A stretch of 63,396 nucleotides of DNA, filler included, from Reticulomyxa filosa (lineage: Eukaryota > Protista > Foraminifera), in NCBI GenBank assembly GCA_000512085.1. It is 16 parts of 16 records of this genome, joined end to end, with 100 filler letters (N's around TTAATTAATTAA, not from the genome) between each part and the next. Parts side by side here need not be neighbours in the genome. Positions count along the whole stretch, not along the records: positions 1 to 4,613 come from ASPP01036618.1; positions 4,714 to 8,033 come from ASPP01000056.1; positions 8,134 to 12,451 come from ASPP01004242.1; positions 12,552 to 13,551 come from ASPP01050001.1; 12 more parts are not named here. One strand, given 5' to 3'. Shown here piece after piece: positions 1-12,712 of the stretch. Position 1 is the stretch's first letter. Each line of letters opens with the position of its first letter. The notes below the pieces were generated by a model. It was not told the origin of the DNA, did no database searches, and worked only from the letters and a program-made list of their open reading frames with translations. The position numbers and the translations under genes were made by a program.

Positions 1-634
1 TATTTCAATTACAGTAGTTTGCAGGTCGTTCCAACAACTGAAGATACTTGATCGCACCACAACTCAATAGCATAGTACCGATTATTTTGTTTATTATTTG
101 AAGAAAATTGGATGAAGATCACACATAGAAAAAAAAATAATATTAAAAATGCTGAAAATTTTGATTTACGTGTAAGAAAAGGCTGAAGTTGTTTTTACTG
201 TATTGAAAAAAATACTTTTTTTACTTTAATTTTAAGATGAAGCCAATAAAAGCAAAAACTCCCTCTGACACGTGGAAGGTAAGCCTCACAAAAAAAATAC
301 GAAACAATAACTTGCGTCACACAAAGCGGCACCACTTCAAACTCCAAAGAGTCAAAAAATAATTCCTCAAACATCATTATCAATTTCGAACCAATTTTTT
401 TTGGATGTAATAACCAAAATGAAGGAGGTGAGCAATGTTCTCAAAACATCCCATCAAAAGAATGTTATATAGTAAAGAGTCTTGAAGTATTATTTTTCCT
501 TTGAACTTCCACAGTTGATGTGTAGTTCTTCCTTTCTGCAACAATGCCCGGAAGGAAGCAACAAGAGGATAAATAAACGAAGAAAAAGAAAAGCGTAAAC
601 ATTATTGATTATCTCAAATATCATGTAGTATTTC

Positions 635-3157
635 TTAGGAAATGTAGGTAACAATCTTTTTATAACAATCAACGAGTCTCTTTTCTAATTTGGATAGTAT
701 TATAACTACTTTACGTAGTTTTTGTTGAAGTCTATTATCTTCATAACTTTCAAAATTACCATCGAAAGCTTCAAGGATTGTATTAAATTCTGTTAAATTT
801 AAAATGGAATTTGTTTGCTCTTTCAAAATATTCATCGCTTCAGTCATAGCCTCTCTTAATGAGCCCAGTTTGGGATCCAACTTTAATGTCAGTTCATGTT
901 TGAACTCGGGTTCTAACTTTGAAAAACAACTGAGCAATGCTTGTCTGGCATCAAAAAGCATCATCAAGCAATACAAACTCTTTTTGCATAAAAATTCTTC
1001 GGGATCCTCTTCATTACTTAAATGGGATATCCATCGCTCAAAGCCTGATTTACCCTCGACTTCGGGATTCAGTAATTCTGGAATATGATCTTCTGCTTCC
1101 CCAGTTTGAGATTCGGATTTCTTCTATTATTTTATTCATCTCTCTTTTTTCATATGAGTTAACTTAAAAAAAAAAAACAAAAAAACGAAGCTGTTTGTTG
1201 TTCTGTTGTCTTCTCCTTTGTGCTTGTATCCGTTTCACATTTCGACGAATCTTTGCCATTGGAAATAGTGCTACTCGTTGACTCGTTTTGAATGGATGTA
1301 GAAGAAGTTGTTCCTGTTTTTTTCTCTTTGTCTTTATCTGATTGTAGTTGTGCGTCTGCTTCTTTGTCTTTACATCCATGATACAATTGGATTGCACATT
1401 CTAATGCCTCTTTCAACAAGGCTGGCTTAATTTTCGCTTCGGATACCTGGCCTTTGAGCAGCAAATCGGAACTTTTTTTGCTGATAAATACAACGTATCG
1501 AAGGCTGGCAATGCTGAGATGATCCCATGTTCGTTCTGAATTTTGATCAGCAAATTCCTCATTGATCACAAATCTCTTCAACAAGAATACATACTGGGCC
1601 GGTTTTTCTAGAAATTTCATATCGTATTCAATATCTTTTAATGCCCGGTAGCCACACAAAATCCCGAAGTTTCCGTTCGAATCGTGTGTCAATACCTGTA
1701 AGATGTATATATGTACATATATATCAAATAAAAATATATAAATGTATATATACATATATATTACATGTATGTGTGTGTGCCTCAAAGTTATCCAACATGA
1801 GAATTTAGAAAAAAAGAAGAGATAAAACAAAAGTACAAACCAAGGCACTCTTTTCCAATGATTCGACAGCTCTTGATTCCAAGGAATAAATGTGTTGTTG
1901 TTTCAACTCTTCTTGTGGCAATGGATTTGTGTTGTTTTGTTTGTTTTTCCATTCTTCAATCCAAACTTGATCAATTTTTAGCAGAGAAACTCTTTCGATC
2001 AATTGTATTTCCTCGTCGATATCCCCTTTTTGGACGTACTTATCTCCAAATGCTTCTTTCCAACGAAAAAACGTACCCACCCCACTGATTAGGGTTAAAT
2101 TTTCATAGCTCCATTGTTCATCAATGTATTTTGTTGCTAAATTCAAGCATCGTAAAAAGCTATTTTTATGCGCATGCCAATACAGGTGCAGTTGTTCACG
2201 AATTTTGGGGTTTACTCCCTTCCAATCAATTTTATTCAAAGGTTTTGCGGATATCTCTAATTTTGAATTCACCACTTGCGGTTCTGACAATTTTGCATTT
2301 TCTGAAACACGTCAGCAAAAAAAAAAAAAGGGGCCCTCTGTAATGTTCAGTCCTTCATCCAACAAATACAAACGTTGCACAAATAAAACCCCTCCCCCCC
2401 CAAAAAAAAAACTAAAAAAAAACTAAAAAAAAACTAGTAAAACAAAAAAAAAAAAAACAAACCTTTGACAGCTTTGGTATATCTATAGATGACTGGCCAA
2501 GACTCTTCATAGGGAATGTGGAGTTTTTTGTGTTCATCCGGAAGTCTGGGGTCCAGTGAACTGAACATCAAAATTTTGTGTTGATCATCGAGCTCAACAA
2601 ACATATAATTGACATGCCAAAAGCAGTAGATGGGATGATAGACACAAATCGTATCTCCGCGCTGCAATTGATCCTTTTGCAAAGGCAATGGTGGATGGTC
2701 ACTATCGTATTCAAAGGGTGGCGGTCTTTGATCCATTCCTAAATATTCTTTCTCTGGTCTTATTCTTTCCATGTCAATTTTCATTTCGCGTTCTAGATCG
2801 GCTGTTTTTTTTTGCCATCACAACATTACAGGATAAATATCTACAAATTACAATACACACATAAAAAAAAAAAAAAAAAAAAATCATTGGACCTTAACCT
2901 TCTCATTCTCACGCTGTTTTATAACGCACACACACACAAATATAAAAGAAAAAAAAAAAAGCAAACAAACCCAATTCGTTTGGCGTAAAATGGGTAAAGT
3001 ATTGTGTTGAGTAATCGTAATCGTTATAAAAATCCATTTCATCGTAACCATTACAAAAGTCATCATTTTCACCGTGGGCATTGAACGTTTCTTCTTCTAG
3101 TCCCTCAAAATCTTCGTCCCCATCTAATTGCTCCACGCAGTTTCGTGGATCAGACAT
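635..3157 (-). CDS. Multi-exon hypothetical protein
   Basis: Collinear protein-like ORF segments (2909-3157, 2434-2784, 1805-2290, 1159-1700, 635-1123) separated by AT/homopolymer intron-like gaps. No family recognised. Confidence 0.6.
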
Positions 3158-3638
3158 TTCTTTCTAAAGCAAGTTTGTTTTAGTGTTGCTGTTTTGTCCT
3201 TTTCGACAATTTAAGAAAGCGATTTTCAAACCTTAAATTAGGGTAGAAATATATTATAGAAAGAGCAAATTCTTCAAAAACACAATAGGAACGGGAGCTA
3301 AATACTTAAAATTGAAAGGGCAAAAAGTCGAACTTCCCCTTTGGAACAAGCGCGGTCCAACGTTCATTTTGAAAAGAGTAAACATACAACGAAATGGCTG
3401 AAGCCAAGCATTTCACTTTTCATTTAAAAAATCCTTGCAATTTAAAAAAAGTAGAAAAAACGACAGAGCGGTATATGATTCAACAAGAAAAATCCGACTA
3501 ATAGAAGAGAATTGTCGGTTGCAAAATTAAAGAAAAGCAGGTGCACAGTTTCTGTTGTCAACACTTCAGGACCATGACGGCAAGGAAAGCTTGTAAGTTT
3601 CTCTATTACAAAAAAACAGCAAAAAATTTGTTTCAGTG

Positions 3639-4541
3639 TCACAAGAACCGCAAAGAAACAGAGACAAACCCGTCTCGTTTGACAACGAATTGTTGGTTGG
3701 ACAAAGTTGTGAAATAAAAATGGGTAGTGTTTCCATACACATTACACTCTTGCAAGGCGTTTTCTTCACAGCAAGTAAAAATTTCAATAATTTCAATTTC
3801 TTTTTCTTGTGGTTCGATGATCTTTGTGTCGCATATTCTCAAAGCATCATAAGATAACTTGTCGACCATGTAGCTGTGAGTGGTCGTTTGTATGTTACTA
3901 TTAGCGTACATAGTGAAAATATTTCCATCCGCTTGAGTGTTTCCAAAAACGAGAGAGGATATTTTGACGGATGGATTATTTGTGTTTTTCAAAAACCTTT
4001 CGACATTTTGAACTTTGTGAATGAAGTCACAATCGCCCCTTTCTGCGAACAGCACATAAGTTTGGAGGGTATTTTTAGGTTGAAGTTGTTCATGATTTTG
4101 GAACTTGTGTTGCAGAGTGAGAGGCACTTCACAAAGAGTGGAGGGTTTATCACTAAATAATAAAGTCCCAGAAGAAAGTACCTTTTCAACTCTGCAGTGG
4201 GAAGAGACTCTGTCATCTTGGTCATCACTCGAACTCGAGCTGATGTTCCACTTGAGTTGGTCTTTGTCCACTGACAGCAAAGAATCAGTGTCGACAAACT
4301 GTGTTTCCCTTCCACACATTTTTTGTTCTTCCGTCATCACCGGCTTGGGACCAAAATACCCAATCGAAGCCCGAATGTATTGTTTTTGGTCCTGGATATT
4401 CCATAGATGTAGTTTGGAGTCAGACACGCTCTTTGGAGTCTTCACAGGCAAAAATAAAAGACGAGACAACTGCTGATCGAAGCAGTCTTGCAAAAGCAAC
4501 GATTTCATGCGGATTTCATATCTTACAGCTGGCAATACATA
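3639..4541 (-). CDS. Protease-associated (PA) domain protein, 3' exon (5' part off contig)
   Basis: VLFAERGDCDFIHKVQNVE...LVFGN matches the PA motif L-x-x-RG-x-C-x-F-x-x-K. It could be the tail of an EDEM3-like GH47 protein, but that domain is not visible. Confidence 0.65.
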   Translation of the reverse strand, partial: YVLPAVRYEIRMKSLLLQDCFDQQLSRLLFLPVKTPKSVSDSKLHLWNIQDQKQYIRASIGYFGPKPVMTEEQKMCGRETQFVDTDSLLSVDKDQLKWNISSSSSDDQDDRVSSHCRVEKVLSSGTLLFSDKPSTLCEVPLTLQHKFQNHEQLQPKNTLQTYVLFAERGDCDFIHKVQNVERFLKNTNNPSVKISSLVFGNTQADGNIFTMYANSNIQTTTHSYMVDKLSYDALRICDTKIIEPQEKEIEIIEIFTCCEENALQECNVYGNTTHFYFTTLSNQQFVVKRDGFVSVSLRFL

Positions 4542-4571
4542 GATAAATATATTTTTCCCTTCTTTCCTCTT

Positions 4572-4613
<42 letters not shown>

Positions 4614-4713
4614 NNNNNNNNNNNNNNNNNNNNNNNNNNNNNNNNNNNNNNNNNNNNTTAATTAATTAANNNNNNNNNNNNNNNNNNNNNNNNNNNNNNN
4701 NNNNNNNNNNNNN
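4614..4713. other. Artificial contig spacer (N44-TTAATTAATTAA-N44), first of 15
   Basis: Identical 100-nt spacers, with stops in all six frames, start at 4614, 8034, 12452, 13552, 16206, 23490, 24590, 27494, 28918, 32944, 38505, 57386, 58851, 60111 and 61671. Confidence 0.99.
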
Positions 4714-4859
4714 ATATTTTTAATATGTGTTTATTTTGTTATAACAAACAAAATGATTTAAAACGTTTATTTTGTCAATAAATATTAAAAATAAATGATG
4801 ATGGACGATATTTACAAACATCTTCCTCATTACCCAATTATTCAAGTAAATTGAAAGTA

Positions 4860-5196
4860 TTCCAATATTATTTAACATATGTGTCTACTGTCTTCATGTT
4901 TGAAACATTTCGTTCATTATCCAAATTAATCAATACATTCACTGGACATACTGATCGGGTTTGGAGTATTGATTATTCAACATTCAATGATTGTCAATTC
5001 ATTTGTTCTGGATCATCTGATAGAACAGTTCGTGTATGGGATGTTGATAACATGATAAAAGGAAAAAAGAAAGAGGATAATGGAATATTGTCTGAAATGT
5101 ATTGGATTGAAAAAGAAAGAGAAGACAAAGAATGTGAAATATGATTTGAATTTGTGTTATGGTTCAAAGAATTGTCCCATTCGTATTTGGAGATAA
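4860..5196 (+). pseudogene. Internally deleted WD40-repeat pseudogene
   Basis: One repeat (FTGHTDRVWSIDYS...ICSGSSDRTVRVWDV) is followed almost directly by a stop and the family C-terminal motif LCYGSKNCPIRIWR*. Confidence 0.7.
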
Positions 5197-6204
5197 TTTA
5201 GTTTTTGTCTAATAAGAAATGAAAGTGTCTTTGTTTAAAAAGTTTGATTAAAAGAAAATTAAGATAATATTAAACTTGTTTGATTTGATTGAATGTAATC
5301 ATTGAAAGATTTGTTCTGTCTTATTTTTGTTTAAAAAATTGAAAAGTTACGTTCAATGTTATATTTGATATCATTTCATGGAAACCTAATATTATTAATG
5401 ATATTAATAATATTGATAATCAACATTTCAACAACAATTCGAAATGTATGCTCACAAATTTCTTATCAATCTTGTATTATTAAATGAAGAAATGGGAATT
5501 ATTCAATTTATTGCTGATATAATTGATGACAGTAATTCGATATTTGTTAATTTAAAATCACGATTATTTCGACTCATTGAATCTTCTAAAAATAATCCTA
5601 AAGCACTATTGCAGCGGCAAATTCAGTAAAATACTCAACGCAGCAAGAGCTAGAATGAATTACCGAAATTGGAATAAAGTTAATATATCACATGAAATTT
5701 CAGATCAATTATATCTTATGTCCCGAATAATTCAAGCTTGATTAATTTTCCTGCAGATAACAATTGATCTGTGTCAAATATGCAAGATAGAATACTCCTT
5801 TATGGAAATACATTTAACTGATTTTTTGCTATGCATTTGATTTGAAATGACAGAAAAATCATTCTACGCAAAAAACATCAAACATGACAATTCTGGATTG
5901 AAACTGAAAATTTAAACTAAAATTTTTGTTTATGAGTAGACTATCGATAGTGTTGGTTGCTTGATTTCAATACGAAAAATTCCAATATTCGTCTTTTAAT
6001 GCAATAGTTTGAAGAAAAAATGTTACACCTATTATGCCACTTTATGAACACGATTTTCTAAATGATAGACATTTATCCTAATTTTTTAAAAATACTATCT
6101 ACGTTGGACAAAAGTTGAATTAGTCCCTTTGTTCTAATCATAAATTGAAGAGTTTGTAATTGAAAAAAATGAAATATATTTTGAAATGCTTGAAGGTTCG
6201 CATA

Positions 6205-6279
6205 ATTTTTAAAATGTTGATTTTTCAAATAGAAAATCGGTAATTTTCATAAGGTGCCAAGATTTTTTCCCCACCTGTA
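6205..6279 (-). mobile_element. Tc1/mariner-like terminal repeat remnant
   Basis: The minus strand reads TA|CAGGTGGGG...TTATGAAAATTACCGATTTTCTATTTGAAAAATCAACATTT. This shares the subterminal motif of the Tc1 element at 31523. Confidence 0.6.
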
Positions 6280-6982
6280 ATTATAAAATGACGATAAAAT
6301 ATATTTAAACTTCTCATTTTCTAGAGTGTGATACTAGTTTTATTTCCTCCACCAAAATTTAATAAATAAATTGGAAATCAAAACAAATTCAAAAAAAATT
6401 TTATAATATCTTTTCGAAAAACCTTGTTCATATGTGTTCATAACCAAACACGAATTGGACCATTTCTAACCATAACATGAATTAGTTTTTGTTAGTATTC
6501 TTTCCTTTCTTTTTCAATAGCATAAATTTACAAAAAAACTTTACCAATGGCAAATAATTCAGAAATCATATTTCTTTGATCGAAAATATTTTAAAAAGTT
6601 TTATATTTTTTATTTGACATTACTAATAAGAATCTCCTTTTTTTCTGTTCGCTCTATTATGGTTCAAAAAAAGATCATATTCGTATTTGCTTTTACAGAC
6701 AGCATAACATAAAATTTTTTTGTTTGTGTCTTTCTTTTTTGAATTAAATTTTTCCTTCAAATTTTTCATTTGGAACTTTTTTTCCATGAAAGTTTGTTTG
6801 CAAGAAAATAATTTTTATTTAATATTTAGAAGAACATTTGCAATTTCAACATGTTAAAAAAATATCACACACGAAACAACCGAGTAAACACTGTCTCCAA
6901 TGAACTTATGAGAAAAAACACTTCTTTAAAATAAAGGAATTTAAAGGTCTTTGTGAAGGGAAATGAACCAACAATGAAATGA

Positions 6983-8033
6983 TCACGACAAAAGTTTCTG
7001 AATAACATGTGTAAATAAAATCCAATCACCACTTTCATACGATTCCACCTGAAATTTCAAAACAAACAAAAAAAAGGAAATGGTATTAATATAATGAGAG
7101 AGGACAACATAGCAGAAAATAAAAAAGTTCAGTGAAAATACCATTTCTCCAAGTTTATGCGAGTTCAGTGCCAAATCGACACATTGTCTGCGTTTGATCC
7201 TCGCTTTTTGAATGCTAACAAACTTGTCTTTGTCAATCGTGATGGCCTTTGTTTCTTTCCATTTGTTGACTTTGGCCTCACTAAAGTGTTCCCCAAACAC
7301 ATTGGCAGGATCAATGCAATACAATCCTAACATCCCCAATTGCAAGCAAATCTCTGTCGTGAACCTTTATTTTCCATCGGAAAAAAAACACACACAACAA
7401 AATTAAAATGATATATGTACATATATACATATGTATACATACATATATATACAGATATATATATATATGTACATATATGTATATGTATAATAAAAACTTT
7501 GTAGCGTAAGTAGTGGTGGCATGGAAGGGACTGAAGAGAAAGAGCTGAGTAGCATCGTACTGCAAAAAGATATTGATGCTATGATAGAGTTGACGTTGCA
7601 GACATAATAAGAAGAAGCTCCAATTGGCAACGACTTTTTGGAACCTCGTGAGATCGTCATACCGACTGCAACGACCTTCGACATGTGAGTCGTCATTGCG
7701 ATAAAGCAGCCATTCGTCATATCTCATTACGTGTTCGCGGATAAAGTATTCCAAATACTCCAACGCCATTTCCTTTTCAAACGTCGCTTTCTCGATGTTC
7801 ATTATATTCAGTACGTCTTTTTCTACAAATTCGAACGGATACTTTTGCAACGGCAACACCTTGTTCCACTTCCATTCTTCGTTCAAGTCTCTTATGTTTC
7901 TGTTCACTCCCTTCGAGTGCAATGAATTCGGTTCTTTCCCTTCGTCCCCGTTTATTAACACCATATCCACTTGTGCGATGCGATTGTCTAATAGGCGCTG
8001 TTCGATATCCTCTACAATGCTGTCGCCTTCGTC
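6983..8033 (-). CDS. Hypothetical protein, 3' part, intron-containing
   Basis: ORFs 7311-7970 and 6983-7345 are separated by (TA)n-rich intron-like sequence. No family recognised. Confidence 0.5.
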
Positions 8034-8133
8034 NNNNNNNNNNNNNNNNNNNNNNNNNNNNNNNNNNNNNNNNNNNNTTAATTAATTAANNNNNNNNNNN
8101 NNNNNNNNNNNNNNNNNNNNNNNNNNNNNNNNN

Positions 8134-11100
8134 ATTTTTCTGATGTGGAAATTGCACATTCCAAATGGGCTTGTCTTATTCTTAATCATACTTGGCATTT
8201 TCGTGTGATGACTGAAATTGATAGGAGCTGTCTATCAGATTTTTGCTCTGTTAATTATAATTTAAATGCAAATATATAAATATATAGAATATGTAATATG
8301 TATATATTTAAACAAATTATAATATATACATATATATGTATATGTAGGAATTTAATTCTTTTCATGTTATATGGAAAGACAGATATTTTCAAACGTACAA
8401 AGAACCTTTTAATCCTTATTCAGCAACTTTTAAAAAAGCATTTGAACATCTGCAAAAAAAAATACAAGCACAAGAACATTTCAAATATGGAGCAGATGAA
8501 TTGATAGATTTTAAATGCGATTATAGCAAATGTAATCCACCAATTGGCTTAGATAGCGTAAAAGATGATGCATTATTGCATGTCATTTACAAATATGACT
8601 ATCATTCACCAATTACCTCAGTTTATTGGGAAATAAATTCCGCCTTTATGGTTCCCTATGCACGTACTGTTGATATAAAAGGAGCCTATTTACCAAAAAT
8701 TTTTCAAACTCAAACTGTTACTGCTTCAGGTGAGAATTTTCCACCTGAACAGTTGTCATATATGTGTGATATGAAACAACTCAAGCGAATTCAGGATTCT
8801 ATGTATTCAACTTTAGTACCAAGCAAAACTCCAATGAAAAATATTTGTCATGAAATAATAAACAATGGCCATTTAGCAAGTCTAACCGATGAAGGAACAG
8901 AACAAAAATTGTATTTTAACAAAGATAATATTGACGAATTAACATTGGATAATACTAAATTGACAATAATCAATCAAATAAAGCAGATATATCATTTAGA
9001 TATGCATAAACATATGGGATATCCACTTCAATTACACCATATTTGTGCAATATTACTGTTTCATAAGGGATTACGTTATAAGGAGTTTATGTTTGATCAA
9101 ATCGCATTTAAATATAATAAATGGAAATATTTAGATTTGTATTTGCATGAGGCAATTAGTATTTTGCATAAGCATGAAAAGAGAGAAGCAAGTGATATCG
9201 AAGTGTATGGTGGATTAAACAAAGTGAAATTTGACATTGAAAAGGAAACCAAATTAGGATATTTTGCTACACATCTATACACTTCTGATGATTTTCAAAT
9301 TGCAGAGGATCATAAAGGCCAACTCGGATGTATTTTGCGTTTTCATCCTTCAATGAGAAGAGATTCCAATATTGTTAGTTGTGATGTATCATGGATATTT
9401 TCGAATACAAGTACACGTGAAATTTTATTTTCAAGATCGTTTATGGCATTTAGTGCTGATAAAAAGATAGATGAAAAACAACGCGCATTCAATATAAAAA
9501 TAGAAAGTGAAGATGAATATACACAAACGATATTATTGACATCAGCAACACATAATCAGTTCATACAATCGATTGACCAGATTAATAATATATTAGATTA
9601 TCCTACTGATTTCAATCTCATTTATTTGGCATTAAAGGTGGCCGAAGAAAACATCAATAAAGCTATTTCAGTTTTATCTCTATTTGAAAAATGGAAAATG
9701 GAAGATGCCAATAAAGAGAAATACGAACAACAAATGAACGAATTTGTGAAAAGACGCTGTTGTAATCACGAGGTTAATTTATTTTATATGTTTCTTTTTG
9801 AACAAGGTTACCTGAAGGAGCAAACAGCTTTACAAGCATCCATTCTATCTACTGTTATTGATGGACTACCTTTTGTCAATAAGGATAAAGATAAACTCTT
9901 TGAAACTTTACGTCCTTTGCCTTCTCCACTTTATCCAAGCCAGTGTATATCTTTTAATCAAGAAATATTAATTTGTGGAAACTATCTTGACAATGAATGT
10001 TATTCCTATCATACGATCAAACGTAAATATAAGCGTATTTGTTTATATCCAAGTAATGTTGAGTTAAATGGGCATTGTGTGATGAAACTCATGGACAATA
10101 ATAATTCACATGGTATTACTTTGCTATCTTTTGGTGGATCTCCAAAACATACATTAATGATGAAATACGTGAGTGTATGGGATAATGATGTAATTGATGT
10201 GAAAAATGAATCTCATTTAAATAAATGGATACCTTTCACTGATAATAACAACAATCCGATTTTGATTGGAAGAGATGAAGACAATTATTGTGGAGCACGT
10301 GCATTGATTAGTGGTAGTGATAACAATTTATTATTTATCACTTATCATCCAAAGAATATTAGTGTGTTTGATTTACATACATTCCAATATATTAAACACG
10401 GTACTTTACCAATTGGTTCTGTTGATCAGATAAAATATCATTGCTTTGTATCAAAACCAACACATGGATTATCAAAAAAGAAGAAAGATAAAAAATTATA
10501 TGAAATGATGTTATTTTGTAAGAATACAGGTTTAACAATTGAGTACAATGAAGACCATAACTTGTTTCAATTTTATTGTGTATGGGTTTGCACAACTATT
10601 AGGCCATTTTATTCCTATGGGTTCGTTTGTGTCGATGATACTATTTGGTTTTTTGGTGGATCTAATGAAGATAAAACTATCTCAAAAGTTATCTACAAAT
10701 ATTCAATGCTTAGTGGTGAATGGATGAAATTCGAACAAACTTTGCCCGTGCAACTAGATGGCCGTGCTGTGGCATTGAGCAAAAACGAATATATACACTT
10801 CATTGGAGGGTATAACAGAGGTGAGGCGGTTTCAACACACACGAAAACAAGAATAGAAAAATGGAAAACAGAAAGAACACAAAATAAGAGAGAGTGGATA
10901 AAGAAAGAAAAAGAAATGAAGCGTATGGAAGAAAACGAAAAAGAAAAAAAAGAGATTGAAGAAATCAATAAAGAATTGAAAGCGATGAACACACCTGATT
11001 TTAAAAAATTAAAAGTTAAAACCCTTTCTTTCTGTACTTATTTTCGTAACTAGAATCAAGCCGTACTATTTTACACTGTGCATTCAAAAAATTATAATAA

Positions 11101-12173
11101 AAGAAAATAAACGAAATCTCACAAGTAATTAAACATTGGGTTCGTTTATTGTTAGTCAAAATGGGATGGATTGGTGAATTTGAAAGCATTATTGCAAGAT
11201 ATATTCTGGTATGTTATGTATACCTGTTTCATTAGCTGTACTGACCATACACAACAAAAATTAAATATGCATATAATAGAGAAAGCATTTACAACAATCA
11301 AAACGTCTTGGAAGTTGCTTTGCGCATGCGCAAAGTGTAACATTTTCCCCAGATGGTTCCAAGATTGTTTCATTTTCAGAAGACACCACGATTACAATAC
11401 TGGACGTTAAATTAAGAAAAGAAATTAAGAAATTAAAGGGGCACTCGAATACTATAAACGACGTTCAATTCTCACATGATGGAGACATGATCGTAACATG
11501 CTCGGATGACAAGACGATCATACTGTGGAATATGAAGTCATGTGAAGAAAAAAAAAAATTAAAAGGGCACACAGATTATGTAACAAGCGCTCAATTCTCG
11601 CCAGATGGAAAAACTATTGTGTCTGCCTCATTTGATAAAACTATTAGAATATGGGATTCAATATCTGGAAAAGAACTGAACAAGTTTGAAAGAAAGGAAG
11701 CAATAACCCATGTTCAATTTTCACCTGATGGCCAACAGATTGTGGCAGCATTAAATGAAGCTATTGAATTTTGGAATTTGCAAACCTGTGAATTGATACA
11801 ACGCACAGCAATCAACGCACGGAAAATAAAATTTTCGCCTGATGGTCGCTATGTTTTATCTATTTCGAAGACAATTTCGATTTGGGATGCAAAATCAGGA
11901 AAAAAAATAAAAACACTAATGGGACATTCTGATGTAATAATGGATGTGCAATTCCTTTCGGACAGTGACACTATTGTATCCTGTTCAGATGATGAAACAG
12001 TTCGACTGTGGAGTGCAGAATTAGGAATAGAAATTCAGAACACAGAACTAAAAATAAAAACAGATCATCAATTGGAAACATACGTCGTAACTGCGGTTGC
12101 TATCTCACCAGATGGGAATACAGTCGCAACTGTTTCTAAAAAGGGGGCAATTTGGCTGTGGAAACTAATGTAA
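8134..12173 (+). CDS. Large multidomain protein: degenerate ADP-ribosyltransferase-like domain + kelch-like propeller + coiled coil + W/GW module + WD40 propeller (5' truncated)
   Basis: Exons ~8135-8249, 8348-11014, 11104-11208 and 11280-12173 join in frame through GT-AG introns. Motifs: VYGG/YTSDD/DVSWI...REILF; kelch-like SFGG, FFGG, FIGGY; WD40 GH...WD repeats. Confidence 0.8.
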
Positions 12174-12712
12174 AATCACAACGCTCAAAAAAAATAGATA
12201 GGCTTTCTATTTGCCTTTAAAAAACCCAAAAAACTCTTTTCAAAATGTTATAATGTACAAAAATGTTTAGTGCTAATAATGTTTTTTTTTTCTTTTTATT
12301 GTGTAGATACAAAACAAGAATTGTAAGAAAAGTTTTTCAAAGTATTTGTTAATTTTTTTCAGGGAAATTACAACATGACATTACATTGTCTTATTAAACT
12401 GGATGTCCAAGCATGATATAAAATGAATGATAATAAATATCATAACAAATANNNNNNNNNNNNNNNNNNNNNNNNNNNNNNNNNNNNNNNNNNNNTTAAT
12501 TAATTAANNNNNNNNNNNNNNNNNNNNNNNNNNNNNNNNNNNNNNNNNNNNCAGAAATGATTAAACAAAAAGCCACTACCGAAAGAATTACAGAAAAAAA
12601 TAGAAATAAAAAACAAAATTTTTTTTACTCAAAAGTTTACAACTAACGATAACATAAGAACAAAACTATTAATAACGAAAAGAAAGTTGGCACGACATCT
12701 CAAGAAATCATT

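Noticed and set aside
4658-4669. Recurrent TTAATTAATTAA as a biological repeat, att site or CRISPR-like repeat
   Set aside because: It is always centred in exactly 44+44 Ns, so it is an artificial six-frame-stop spacer.
5380-5950. Transposase remnant belonging to the terminal repeat at 6277
   Set aside because: No DDE or HTH motif was recognisable.
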